Source of the DNA: Ascidiella aspersa
Taxonomy: Eukaryota
Assembly: GCA_963924565.1 (NCBI GenBank)
Contig: OZ004610.1
Coordinates: 9,424,001 to 9,488,000, forward strand
Length of the DNA stretch: 64,000 nt
Reading direction: 5' to 3'
The position numbers and the translations under genes were made by a program. Positions 1 to 14,000 of the stretch are shown here, one piece after another; positions within the stretch are counted from its first letter, which is position 1, and every line of letters begins with the position of its first letter. The notes below the pieces were generated by a model, which saw only the letters and a program-made list of their open reading frames with translations, made no database searches and was not told the origin of the DNA.

Positions 1-295
1 GCTTATAGCGCCGTCTCGAATTTCCGTCCGAATTTTGGCGAACGGGCGAACGCGAAGCCGTCTTCTGCATGAACCCGCACCTGCTCGGATATCAGCGGCG
101 TGACTGCCGCATCCGAACGAATTTTTTGCCAGACCCGCTGCAGACGTATAGACTGGGCTACGTGATTCGTGCGCGCAGAGCACCAGCCTTGTCACCCTGT
201 GTTTGGAGCGGCCGTTCGATGGATGCCAGACTTTGCATGCCCGTACTGTAGCAGCATACGATTTGATCTATCAAACCGAATAGTCATCAACGCCA

Positions 296-465
296 ATACA
301 GAAGTAGGAATCATTTTGAACGTTTCGAATAACTCTTTATTCATTTTCAACGTTGAAAATCAATAAAAAGCCACATTCGAAACGTCCGAAATGATTCCTA
401 CTTCTGTATGGTCTTTTATACGTCTTACTACAACCTCCAACCATTATGCTCCAAAACCGAATAGT
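296..465. mobile_element. Palindromic MITE-like repeat family (other copies at ~13570-13635 and ~35100-35207)
   Basis: atacagaagtaggaatcattttgaacgtttcgaat ... attcgaaacgtccgaaatgattcctacttctgtat forms an inverted pair, and the same arm recurs twice elsewhere. Confidence 0.75.
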
Positions 466-2008
466 ATTATGGCGCCATGTTATCACCAGGACCGGCACTT
501 TTTCACATTACGATTTTAATGTGGCCATTCTTTGCCAGCACATGTTCATATAGGTTTCGAGTCGGCCGTTTTTTTCATGATTTGATTTAAACGGATTTAC
601 GTCTAGCTAGTGATAAAAGCGCGGTTGTTCATCTGACCCGCCTGTGGGATCAATAAACCTTGACTCATGGTGAGTTAATGCACCGTGTACACTGTCCCAG
701 GTACACGGTGATTTTTAGTTTGTTTTGCAGTTTGTGTTGCTCACTCGTCGTACGCGTGTTTGTTTGCGGAGTCAAGCGCGCGGTTTTGAGTAAAAATATT
801 GACGCGCACTCCCGCCGTAATCAACTTGCTGCAATTTATTACCGCACGAAATAGCCGGCGCCTGTTAAGCCGTACTGACAACAGTGTGTCGAGGAAATGG
901 GTTTAGCGCCAAAAGCAACTGCACTTGAAGCTCGTTTGCACTATAAATTGAGCTGGGCGTATCAAAGTGTAATTCCTATTAAGTAATATGATTTTCAAGG
1001 CGTACCCCGCTTTGCCATTTTCACGCCAAGCTTGTCTGGAAAATAACGTTGCTGTATTAAACTATACGCTCTAGTTAAACTAGATTTGCTCGGACTTGGC
1101 GCTAAGTTACAGTGCAAAGCGGTAAACTAAAAAGGCATGAAATTCTGTCACAATTTTGTTGTTACCTTGCGTTTAAGTATACTATCGGTAGATTATAAAC
1201 TTGTGTGCAATACTAGGGGGGCTGTTATATTATTTGCATGTCTTTCAAACATACTAGTTTGATTTTCGTCGCCCTTCCCCGTGGCTCACACTATTTATTG
1301 TGCCGTATTAAATTTAAAAATATATCTTAGGACAAAGTGTTATCACAAATTCAAAAGAGTGAACTCTTGGTATCCATAATATTTTTACTGATTGTGTCTT
1401 ACATGTTATACAAAAATGTTGGCAAATAGGTTTGACTAAATTATGGTTTCCCTTGAACAACTGCACGAAATTTTTCTGAACGTACTCAAATAAATTCCAG
1501 CCTCGCATTGAACGTTTAACGTATCTTCTGAATTGTTTTGTAAAAAAGTGCTATTTTCTCCGTGACCAAGTGGATTTCTCCGTTAGCAAGTGCACGCAAT
1601 TATTATAAAATAAATTGGAAGTAAACCCAACCCTTGTATTGAACATTGTTAAAATTGTTTTTGTAACAGTTTTTTCAATGTAGAAAATCTGTGCTCGTAT
1701 TTATATCAAAAAGCATTTTACCAAGGTTATTCTCGTGCAACGTTTCCACATATTTTATCATATATTATACTGTCAACTTGGCCATAGCGTATCATAGGAA
1801 CACGACGTACATCAGAGCAGCATCGTGACGAAACGACAAACGAACGACAGATTCGGGAATTTATGTGGCTTGAAAGTGACATTTCGACTTTATCACAAAG
1901 GGGGCCTGTAACTACTCTTATAAATTGTTGTAAAAAACAAAACGTTTAAGTCACAAAACCGCCAAACGCTTCAAGCCACGGTTATAACTAGTTGCTTTTT
2001 TTACCAAG

Positions 2009-5000
2009 ATGCGCCGAGGGACAACGGCGGCTCCGAGGTGGGACAGTACGTGATGGAGATGTCGCGCAAACGCAACGAACAGATGGATGTTGTGTACACC
2101 GGAGCCGAGCAGGAATGCTTGGTCGACGACCTGGAACCGGGTAAGAGATTTCGCTGCGCCTCACAGACTTTGCAGGCTTTTTTAGGAAGTGCAAGCGCAA
2201 TTGGACTGGGACACAGATTCTGTGTTTGGAGCGTATTTTTGAGTGGTGGCTTCTAATGGAAAAATCTCTACTCTTAGGAATAATTTTTTGCATTAACTGC
2301 AAATCCAATACTTTTGAGTTTTTTAACAGTTTTTTTTACTAGGGACGGATTAAAAAGTTAACCCGACGCATGTTTGTTACCATTTTATTATTATTTTTCC
2401 ATGAAAGGCCTTTGAAAGAGTGATTTAGCCATGTTGCCCCTCTCCGACTGTTTAAACACAGAGCAAGCATCAAACTATAGATTACGTGTAGATTGTCAAG
2501 CTACAATCTTGTGAATGTAGCCAGTAAGGGGTAGCCGCTCGCAGGTAATATTGGCTGATGAAAATCCTTGTGACAATCAAGTTAAGGAATCCCCTTGAAT
2601 ATGACAAATCTATAAAGTACAGCTGCGTTTGCTCGCAATCTATGCGCCAAACCTTCGCAAATTATTCACCTAAAAACAGGTTTAAATAAAAAAGAGCATT
2701 CGGAAGACTAACCAAAACCAATAGTTCTTCTAAAACAGAAAACCTTGCCGCTGAACTGCGCATCGTCGTTAATGCATTACAAGTGAAGGTTTCGTACAGG
2801 TTGAACTGTGCCCCACCAGAAAACCCTGCCGCTCAACTACGCATTGTCTTTAATGCACTAGGTATACTAGGAAAGGGCACCAAAGGTTTTCGTACAGGTT
2901 AAACTGTGCCGCGTGCATCGATTATGTCGCGTTGCGCGTGACGCGAGGGCTGGGCGCCGGCGCTGCCCGGAGAATGTCGCGCCGTCCTGTCTGTTTCGAA
3001 ATGTGAACGCTCGCCTCCGACGAAAGGTCGAGCAGCCCGCGACTGTGTCAAACTGTCGACGAATTTACCGGTCAGGGAATTCGCTTTTTGCTTGAAAATC
3101 GCGAACAAATTCTCCCCACTCGCAATACTGCGTCTTGATATTTGTATCGATTTAAATTCCTATCTTAAAAGTAAGCCTCAGATTCTAGTTCTATTGGCAA
3201 TGCGTCTTAATCTGTGCCTCGATTTAAATTCCCATCGTAAAATTACGCCTCGGATGCTAGTTATTTTCCTTTCGGTCGTACTTTCGCAAATTAAACATTG
3301 CCGGAACGCGTTGCCTTTCGTGGCGCCCCAAGAGACAGAGCCAATCCATAAACGCCTAAATTTTCGTCTAATCCGCGCCCGAGCGCAGCCAACGAGTTAT
3401 TTTTGCCCTCGCATCGCTCAAGTGCTGTGGCCAGCACCTTAACCGCGCAAAGCGTCAATAAAGCAGTCTAGCCTAGTTGGCTCGGCTTGCCTTCGCATAT
3501 TTAACACACGAAGCCCGCTTTCAGTCCTTTACACACCTTATTTCGACTTTTCGCAGGTCACACCTACAGGCTACGCGTCTTCTGTCAGACCAACGGCGGC
3601 ATCAGCGCGCCATCAGAGGTTGCCATGGTGACCACGCCACCGGTGATCCCAGGCGCATGCGCAGCGCCAATGCTCGCCCTTCGACCGAAGCCAAGCTGTC
3701 TCACCGTCAAGTGGGGTGAGCACTGAGAAATGTGTTGTGCTTTGTTCTGTAGCGGCATTTTCTCGTGTGCTTTTGAAGTGTTATTCTGGCCCCTTTGAGT
3801 TGTTTCTCGCACGATTTTGCTGGGGTTTAGGCGGTCTAGCTTGTTCTACCCCGCTGGTCTCGAAACACTACAAATTGTATGTAACCCGCGAAAGAGTATT
3901 GTGATTCGTATTGTAATATATGTAGTACCTAAATTAAAATATTCCCCGATTTTTAATTCGAAGCTTTTAGAATTTTAAATAGTGCAAGAAAAAGGAATTC
4001 TGTGTTGTTTTAGAAGTCAATCTTATATGATGCGCAAAACGGTTTTTGTCACGTTTCAAGCCTTTATGGTGTTATCACCTTTACTGGGATAAAGGGTTCC
4101 ATTAGGTTCGGTAACTCAAACGTCCCGAGCGGAGCCACGTCGTTGTTCATTTTTTAAATAACCTATATATATAAGTGCACTCAACTTTTACCTTTAAAAT
4201 GAGTCATTTCTCCCAATCCGTTCAGGACACGACCGGGTGCTCTGCTCTCTGGGGAAGAAGTTGACCTTTCATTGTAAAATGCACTGTACTAATTCCAATG
4301 GCGTTGCCCACCCGTAGGGCTAAAAATGTTCGGTGTCCTTGCTTGGCGTAGCAATGCAATTCGACGTGGTACATGGCCCGGCCAAGGAAACAGGAAGAGA
4401 CGGCTTAGTGTCGGATGGTTTGCCGGGTTTAGCTTATATTGGTTGTGTTCTCCGCGTGTTTATTTAATTTCAGTGGATTTTGCGTTGAATTGCACTTGGA
4501 ACAATATTATCGCGCAGCTGGAAGTTAATGTCTTTTTTTTTCGCGATACCGGTTCACGGAAGTGAGAAATATACCGCCTTCCACGCCTCAGAAAAAAATT
4601 CTAAAGTCGTCGTTTAATAAGAAACTTTCCAGCTTATCCCCAAAAAGTAACTATATATGGCCATTCTTCCGTGAAGTAAACGCCTCTGTACTGTAAAAGT
4701 TCAATGACGAAACCTCGCTTACAGTTGTATACGCATGCAGTCGCCTAACACATCGTTCAATAATGTAAACTGCGTCGTACGTCAAAAACGCGCCCTCCGT
4801 AGCGGCCACCCACATGCAAGTCTTATAAGCTGTGCTCTTAAACCAGGAGCAGCCCGCCCACAGCTGACATCGTCACTCGGTCAAAGTTCACGGCTAGTCA
4901 GGTGGAACCGCATCCTAAGTTCAGCGAGGAGAATCGCGTTAAACTTTCAAGGGTCGCTTTGCTTTGGCCTTATGCTTTTGTTGTGGCAAATCAAAATGCG

Positions 5001-8000
5001 TTTCCTTACATACACGAACACTACTAATCCTTAACCGGCCGTCCAGATCGCACCAGCAGCTTCCGAAATTACCTTCTCGTGCTTAATGAACTGCGTCTGC
5101 CGCGGCTCATTTAGGCGTGCGTGGAAGGCTGCGTTTGAAGGAACCCTTAAGCAGGTTTCCCACGAAATACTTGAGTCTCTCCGCTCGGGTCTGACGCATT
5201 TGCACGTTGACCCTGATACAGCTCGCTGAGCCCATCGCAGCACGCCTTGCTGCTTCCAGACCCACTTAAAGAGGCCTGTTGTTTTTGCGCTGGGTTCAAA
5301 GCCTGAATCCAGCATTGTCGTCTCGAATTTGCGCTAAGTGGGCCGACCATGGATGCCTTGCGCGTTTTGTGTATTTAACCTGGACGAATTAATGATGCGT
5401 GCACTGCACTGATATGAAATTTTGCGAGTTAATTGCTTAATTTGAAAGCCAATTAATTTGCCCAAAAATGTAATTAAAGTCGAAGTTATCCTAATCAATG
5501 CCACATGAACGTGGTGCCTACAAAATCAAGATATTTTATTTATATACTATATATCACAACCCAAACTTTACATAGCAACAGTAAATGTTGCAAATAACCT
5601 CTGATAAATAATTAACTGTAATCTATTCCATACATTTGAGTCGAAGCGGGGTCATTGCATCATAACTCATAGTATCAAGTCGCTCCGAAAAATTAATATA
5701 TATATATTTGTTATAGCAGTAGAAATAAATTCGTGTTTCATATTCACCCAAGTCACCAACCCCGAACTTTTAATCTGACCCTTTTTTCCATAGACCCCCC
5801 ACCGTACGAAGGTGGTTCCCCGGTGACCCACTACGAAGTAAGCTGTCACCCATCGGAGCCCGCAAGTGACCCCAGTCCCTTACACCAAGGCCCCGAACTG
5901 GACCACACGGCTGGGTCCCTCAAACCCGGCACCCGCTACACTTTCCACGTTCGACCGCTCAACAAAGTCGGGGTGAGTTGTTACTCTTATAAATTGTTAC
6001 TGAAAATGCTCTGTGCTGTTTTCGCTGCTGCTAATTATAAGGTTGAAAATGCAGTTGGCGTCTTTAATGTATGTTTCTGTTGTTAAGTTGTTTCTGTTGC
6101 TGTTGCTTTTAGTAAATTATCTCTGTTGCTGATAAAAGTTGTTGCTGTTAAAAGTTGTTGCTGTTGATAGCTTGTTTCGGTTTCTGTTGAATAATTATTG
6201 CTGTTGAGTGTTGATAGGTTGTCGCTGTTTCTGTTATAAGTCGTTGCGGTTGCTGTTAAAAATTGTTGCTGATTCTGTGAAACTAGTCGTGGCTGTTAAT
6301 GTTGCTTTGGATACGTTGTTGCTGTTTGTAGCGTGTTGCTGTTTCTTACAACTCATTAGCGTCGTTTTTATTCGCTTTCTTTGGACAGATTTCAACGAGC
6401 ATTAGTTTACAGAAGTGGGATAAGGAAGTTTAAAATAAGAAGGTGCCTTGCAATCTCCTGTGATTATCTTTTTAATCTGCTCTAGCCAAAGTTGGTCTAG
6501 CTGTAGGTCGTATCGGCACAACGCTACTTTATTCTCGTACAACCTTGACCAACCGCTATCATTTCCATGAAAATACGAATTGCTATTCAAAAGAAAGGCA
6601 CTCTTATCTGGCCACGTTTGCGGCTTACACAGTAAGCCGAAACGGAACATTGCTTGTCGCGACGTAGAAACCCACTCTTCAATATTTACCTTGCGTCTGG
6701 CGTGGCGGGCAAGTTCGCCGCCAGTCTTCTGCTTCTATTTACGTTTTGTTTGCTTGTCGGTCGAGTCCGACTGTCGCGATTCCGCAATTACGCCGGTGCC
6801 GGAGATATCATCTTTTTCGTGATCGACTAGGAACGTTCACGACAGCCCGGCTCCGTGCTGCCTCGCCTCGGCCCATTTTACCCTTTGTAGGTCCAAGTTT
6901 GTTTGATGGCGGCCCGTATTTTCGAGTTGTTATAGGCTCAGCAATGTCTGTTTTTGAATAGTTGGTCTATTTACACAAGTTTATAAAAAATTAAAATACT
7001 CCTTTAATCACATTCACCGCCAAGTCTATTTGTGTTTGCCGTGGGGCATATTCGGTTTATTTGTGCATACAGGGTTGATCAAAATCGTGGAATGCCTAAA
7101 TATCTTTGAATTGATTTGCGTATTAAAACTTCTTCAATAAAATCCTACATGAAATATTTGAATTTATAACTCATGTCGTGTGTTACGTTAGTGTCGTAAA
7201 AAATATTTTTAGCTAGTTGGGTATTGTGTTACCCATGTCGTTTATAGTTGTTTGATTTTCGAATTATATTTTATAAAAATGTGTAACATGGCTATACCCT
7301 CCAAAACTGCTATAGGGTTAAGTTTGGTGTCCTCGTGCTAACAAAGTTCACTGAACCGTCGATGTTGTAGAAGAATAAACTCCAATAACTTTACAAGTAT
7401 TATAATGTCGTGTCAATGATGATTTATCGTCGCTCTGTGTAATATCGCTCTCGAATGGAAAGTGAAGTATCACGAAGTTTTCGTGGCATTATAAACCAAA
7501 CGAATTTAGAACGGGTATTTACGCCAAACGACTCATTTGCCCAAATTAAAACCATTAGAGCATTTATTTTCAATATACCATGCTTGTTTGCAATGTGCTT
7601 CATCTGTTGTTTTTGCTTTGAAGCGTGATTTTTATCACTTATATTTAAATTGAGAAAAATTGCTAAAAGCAAATTTGAAACAAGCAGATTTTTTTAAATG
7701 TTTATTTTTTCCGATATACTGCCCTCCTAGAAACAACTCAAACCACAAGATTTGCTTTATTCTTTTATGGTAATGTTTCTTCTTGTATATAGGTCGCCGT
7801 TTGATTTGGTTGGGTCGCCGACTGAAGGTGTTTTATCTGTGATTTTTTAAATGGTCCTAAGCAAGATTTTTTCAACATTTAACGTAGTTTCGGAAAAAAT
7901 AAGAAGACATAGTTCATATTCATATTTTTTTCATGGTTTTATGCTATTGGTATTGTGCTTTGTTGACTTACAAACATCTCAGTAAAGAGTATTGCCATTT

Positions 8001-11000
8001 GGGTCACCAAAGCTTCACTGGTACACTAACGCTTTTTTGGGGTCGCCGCTATAAGAGGTTGACAAACAGTGACTTGAAAAAAATAAACCTTTTTAAACCA
8101 ATTAAACTTCAATTTGGTCTTTTCATTTGCAGATCGGCCCCTGGTCCGATCCGCTGGAGGTCGTGACGAGTGCGGGGACCCCGGATAAGGTGAATCCCCC
8201 GGATGCAACAGTCCTCAGCCCCACCTCTGTGCATCTACAGTGGCAGGTTCGTGCTTGGTAACTTTACCTAACCCGCCTCTTTCTCTACATAAAGTGTGTC
8301 ACTTGGCAATTCGTCTTGTGGGAAATGGGGTTGGTTATCGGGCCGTTTGATCTTTGATTTGTGAACGTCGTACATTTTACGACGAAAAGTTTCTATTCGT
8401 TTATCCTTGTGAAGTAGCGTGCTTCATGTCCCACTGAATTCCAATAGGTGCTTCGTCCTTTTTAACAAGTAGAGTATATGTTTGTGTTGAGATAAAAGCC
8501 TTATTTAAATCATTTGTCATTGTCGTTCGGTCGCTTTCTCCTCCAGGCCACTAGACCCGTAAGTGCTATCAGGAATTTATACTAGCTTCTGGCGTGCTGA
8601 AGTCCGAAACTGTATTCCCAACGTAGCGCTAAATGTAAGGCCGCTCTCGGGATTAACGCAGCACGATATCAGCATTATCTCGTTGTTGTATGCATAGAGT
8701 TAGCCAGGGACCTTTTTAAGTACACGTAATTTACTGTTTTAGCGGCTGGAATTGGTCATAAAATCTAACGGCGCCTTAATAAATAATTTTTACGGGGCCA
8801 ATACCAAACTAAACAAACTTGCCTGAGGTCACAAGAATTGGTTGTCGAATTTGCCCTAGATCAGTGGTTCTCAAAGGCAGCCACTTGGCCTCCTTTGGGA
8901 GGAATTTTTAAATTTTTTTTCAAATTTCTTTCAGGGAGGAATTGTTGAGCAAAAATGGTTCAAAAAAAGATGTTATTAAATCGTTAAAAGCCAATGTAAA
9001 CTTGTTTAATTGTAAGGCTTGGTATTGTAAAAAGTCTATCAGACCCATAATCTTATTCTATTGTTTTTTTTCACAGTTATACATCGAAGTAATAAATAAT
9101 AATAGGTAAAATACGTGTTTGGGCTTGTAGGGAAGGACAAAAATGGAGAACCACTGCCCTAGATCCTTTCCTATTGTGCGGAAGCGTGGTCGTTTGCCTT
9201 ACCCCGCCGCTGTTTTTTTTGTTTTAACACTCAGGCGCAATCTAACCTTACCAGCGCCGCAAAACCTACTCCCGCATACTTCCACAATGTGTTAACCGCA
9301 TCACGAAAAAAAAACGCGCCTATTCCAAATCCAAGCCCCGAACCCAATCAACCCGGCATCACAAAGGCCCCATCATCTATTGATCACTGGATTTCCGTAG
9401 CACCTGCGTCTGAACGCCTTATTGGTCGTGTTCGTTGGCAGATGCACCCGAGTATCTTCAACATTGCGCTTCTTGGCGTCGGCCTGGTGCGAAAGCGACG
9501 ACCGCGTCTAGACCGTGATCGACTGGGGCGTTGCGTCATTCGGACGGTCGTTTTTCGCTCATAATGGCCACTTTCTGACGTAGCCCGGCTTTTAAAAGTT
9601 TGTTTTTTCAAGTCGGTTCAATTCATGTTTTAGCCAAACAAACGCGGCCTGATACGATCAAAGTGTCAACACGTTTCTTGGACAAAGTGCATTCTTTAAT
9701 TTCCGGCAGCCGAAAGTTCCGCCAGGCAAAAATGTTTGCTACGATAAAACGAAAAAAGTCATGAATAGAGCTGCTTGAAACTCGTTTTGCTGCAAATTCA
9801 TCGCTTTGTGCTCCAGGTGACCTCACTGTTTTTAACCTTGACAACAGATTTACCCTAGCTATTTCATTTAGAAGAAATGGCACGTTCGTTTGGTCTGGAT
9901 TTTATGGAATTAGGTCCACACGTGTCCAAGTATATCCAGAAACCAATCTATGAGTTTTAAAACCGTCTCTCTTACAAATGACTAAACTGCATCCTTTGTT
10001 GCTATCAGCGCTTTCCAAAAAAGTACGACACACGTGGTAAAATTGGTTGTTTCCGAATTTCCTTCCATAAAAAATCCACCTAATTACCAAAACTGTTGGT
10101 AAAATTAACGCGACAGTTTCAAAATTTTGCAGTCATGCTTAGCCAACCATTACATGTCAGTTACCTTTAAACCTAAAGCGTGGCAGACTTTGTAAATAAG
10201 CACATTAAATGCGGTATTTAGATAAATTGACGCGCAACGACGATTGCGCAATCAAGCTATTTAATGGGCACCTGGCCAGTGTCAATCGATGAACCGTGCA
10301 GCTGGTGCGTCCTTGCAAGCAACGGCGTTGACCAAAGGCCACCTGACCAAACAAGCGTGTTAATTGACTGTCTGTACAGTTAGCGTGTTTGATTAAACCG
10401 CGCCAGATGCCCGGCGCTAAATTGACTTTCCGACGACGATGCGCAGACTCCATTTTTGCTAATCCCCAAAACCCGCCCATGTAATCGCCGAACGCCCTAT
10501 TAAGTCACGGGCATTCGAGAGAATTGTGTTTTATCGGTCTGCTTAAAGACAAAGAATTCACTTTTGCCAAGATGATGGTAGCCTTTGAATCCTGACTTAT
10601 TGTAGAACTATTTGATTTGACTCACTTTTTTATTTTTAATGCAATTGGAAATTTCAATTACATCTCATTTTTGTGTGTACTAACCAATCTTTATATACAG
10701 CTAAGTGTGTATGTTTTAAATTTGTCAGTTACTTTCCTTACTATGTGCCAATGTCGCGCCCCGGTCGACTCTTTGTGACTTACTAGACTGTTTAGGTTTG
10801 ACATCATCGCTTTCGGTATCGGCGGCATTCAACAAGGCCGAATCGAATCAGCAGCCAATCCCTTGCCGAGCGAAACTGGCTTACATTGTGCGAAACTACG
10901 CGGGGTTTCGTGTTGACTTCACTCTTTCAAAGTTGTTTACCACGATTTTGCCTTTTTTCACTCGCACTAGATATAGCATCTCAGTTTATATTTTGCTCCA

Positions 11001-14000
11001 ATTTTAATGTCATGACTAACTGACTGTTTTGTAATTTAATTTAATTTAACGCCTAAAAACAACAATTTTAAAAGTCCAATTCATAAAACGCAAAATTAGA
11101 TTTTTTTAATATTTGTTATTATTAAGGCCTAAAAAACACATTTCATTTCAAATTCTAATTTTCAGGAACCCCTGAACAACGGCGCAGAAATCACGAGCTA
11201 CCGGGTCAACTGGGGATGTCCCGGAAACGCGATGTCGGTTCACCCGGTGGGGCCGTCCCTCACTCACCAATTCCACGGACTGGCCCCCAACACCGCATAT
11301 CTCTTCACTGTACAGGTAGGCGACGTTATTTTTCGTTTCTCTCATAATGAAATCCGAGGGTTTGTGTTATTAGGATATGCTTTGTTAAATCTACTTCATA
11401 TCGCTGATGGTTTAGGACGCTATTTGAAGGACGGGATAGTATTTCAGATCAAACATTGCCATTTTGAAATTAAACATAGGCGTGAAGATTTGTGTTATTA
11501 AGATATTTGATAAAGTTACTTTACTTTGCTACTGGTTTTGGGCGCTACTTGAAGAATAGTATAGTATTTAAGTTTGCCATCTTGAAATCAGTGAACATTT
11601 AAGCGTGAAGAGATTTGTGTTAAAGATATATTTTAAATCACTTCGACCGGTTTTTGTCCGAAAACCGGCGAGTTCTTTCAAAATAAAACGCCGCCAGCCA
11701 GCTGAGAATGCGCTGGTCTGCGGTTGTTGCTGTTTCGCTCACCAAAACACTCTCGACGTTTATCTGGAAAAAGAGACGCCTGGGTTCCTTCCTAGCTCGC
11801 AGTGGAATAGTTTGGAAATTTTTCATTCGCAAGCTATGCGCGCGCGTCATGTGAATTACGTCATCGAATCGTGAAGGCAAACTGCCGAGACGCGTTTTTG
11901 CTGGATTTTGGAAGCGCGTCGCGCGACCTTTGGCTCGCCACTTCGATTTTCTTCTCGGCTTTGAGGCAGTGACGTCACTCACCCACGGTTTCGGTGCTTC
12001 AATTTTTCCAAAAAAGGCGAAATTGCAGCGTTTTTTTGCTTTCCGAATGACATGTAGTTATTTGCTGCGATGCGACGCAGCCCTAACGATGCAATCTCCA
12101 TCTTACACAATCAACTGAGAAGTTTTGCCTAGCGCCCTCTTATAATTAGGCAATAAAGAAGCAACACGAGACGTTCAAAACGAGTTAATTCCATATTGCG
12201 CAGCGAAATACCAAATGCTAACGGTTTAAGTGCGCTAGCACATGTATTTAATGCCAACGCGTGATAAAAAGCGCATGACCTTTTTGAAAACAAAACTTTT
12301 TGAAAACAAAACTGCGTAGTTCCATTCATTTTACGACCCACGTTGATACAGATCTTGAAAATAAAAAATCAACTCCATTGGCAGACTAAATTGGATTTGT
12401 TAAAACTGTAAGAATAAAGTAGCACTGCCTTGATATTGGGCTCTCAATTTCTCGTTACTTTAACAAAAGCAGAAATGTACTTTCCCAAAAGTAAGGGATG
12501 TAAGCATTTTTTTGGCTTATTGCATAATGCAAATTTTTATTGCACAATCCTTTGTGCTTGACCAAACAGTGTTTTAGCTATTGTATGTTACGCAATTTGT
12601 ATTTAATGTTTAACTTGAAACTTTAAAACTACATCGAAAGCCAATATTTCCAACGATACTTTCCTGAAGGGGGTCTTGAACAGGATTCCTTAAAGGTAGT
12701 ATCCTGCAATTTTTTGTTCTGGGTAACACCGGGTTTGGGGGATAGTAAATACCAAAATTGTCACTTACATTTACACTTATATTAACACTTACAGTCTCAC
12801 ACCATAAACAAAAAGGTAAAAACGTTAACTTTCTGCCGTTGCGCTGTTCAACTCTGGCCCTACCTCCAAGTGGCGACACCGTATCCTTATGAGAGAACGA
12901 TTGTCCTTAGAACAGGTTCTGAACAATTACTGACACTTCTGACATTCCCGGCCTCCTTTTTGGCCAATGGGAAGAAAAAGTAACTACACATTCACCACTT
13001 ATTTAACATTACGTTCTTTTAGTTAGTAAAAAAAAAAAAAAAAAATATTCCAACTTTTCGTTACGTTCTACAGGCCGTGAACGCGGTCGGCCAGGGCGCG
13101 GTGTCGGACGTGGGCACAGTCACCACGCCCCCTTCCCGCCCCGATCGGGTCACCAATCTCCGGCAGACGACTTCTGCGCGAGCCGATGTCGACGACGACG
13201 CCGTCCAAGACGTGCCGCCGCTCGTCACTACCGCTCGTTCCGCCGCCGTCGAGTGGGACGCTCCAAGCGACAACGGCTCCGATATCGTCGGCTACCGGAT
13301 CCACGTGGTCGAAAGGTCCTCCCGATCTCGCAAGAGGAAAGATGTCGAAGAACAAGTCGAGGAGGAAGAGCCTCAAGGAATCCAGAACACGTTGTTTGAG
13401 GTTGAGCCCGATGTGACACTTTACTGCATCGAGGATCTGCGGCCGGACACCAAGTATAGGTGAGTTGAGGTTGACTTGGTTTTATTTCCTTCCCATAAGG
13501 TTTCATAGAGAATTTGAAACATTTGTAAATGTTGACTTAAGCTAAAATACATTAACCAAAGCGGTAGAACGTAGTAAGAATATCAAATCCCATACAGAAG
13601 TAGGTAGCATTTTGAACGTTTCGAATAACTCATTGTTTATTTAAATATATATTTTTTTTAACGTTTTGAATACCTCCTTATTCATCACAAGTTAAAATAT
13701 TTAACAAATACCAAAAATATTTAACAAATAGTTCTTAACCTGTGGCACGTGAGCAGCCTTTGTATTTCGGAAAGAGTTGTATTCGGAAATTAACGTATAA
13801 AAAAATTTGAAGTGTAAAATGAATTTTACATTTCATCTTTTACATTTACACTAAATCGGCCTATAGTATAGCAGTGACAGTATAAAGCTATAACGTATTA
13901 CACGATCAGATTGGCTTAATACCACTGCTCTATCGAGTTGCCTAACCCGAATCGTGCGCTTTCATAAAATAACTACCGTAGCGCAAACAATGGTGAACCT

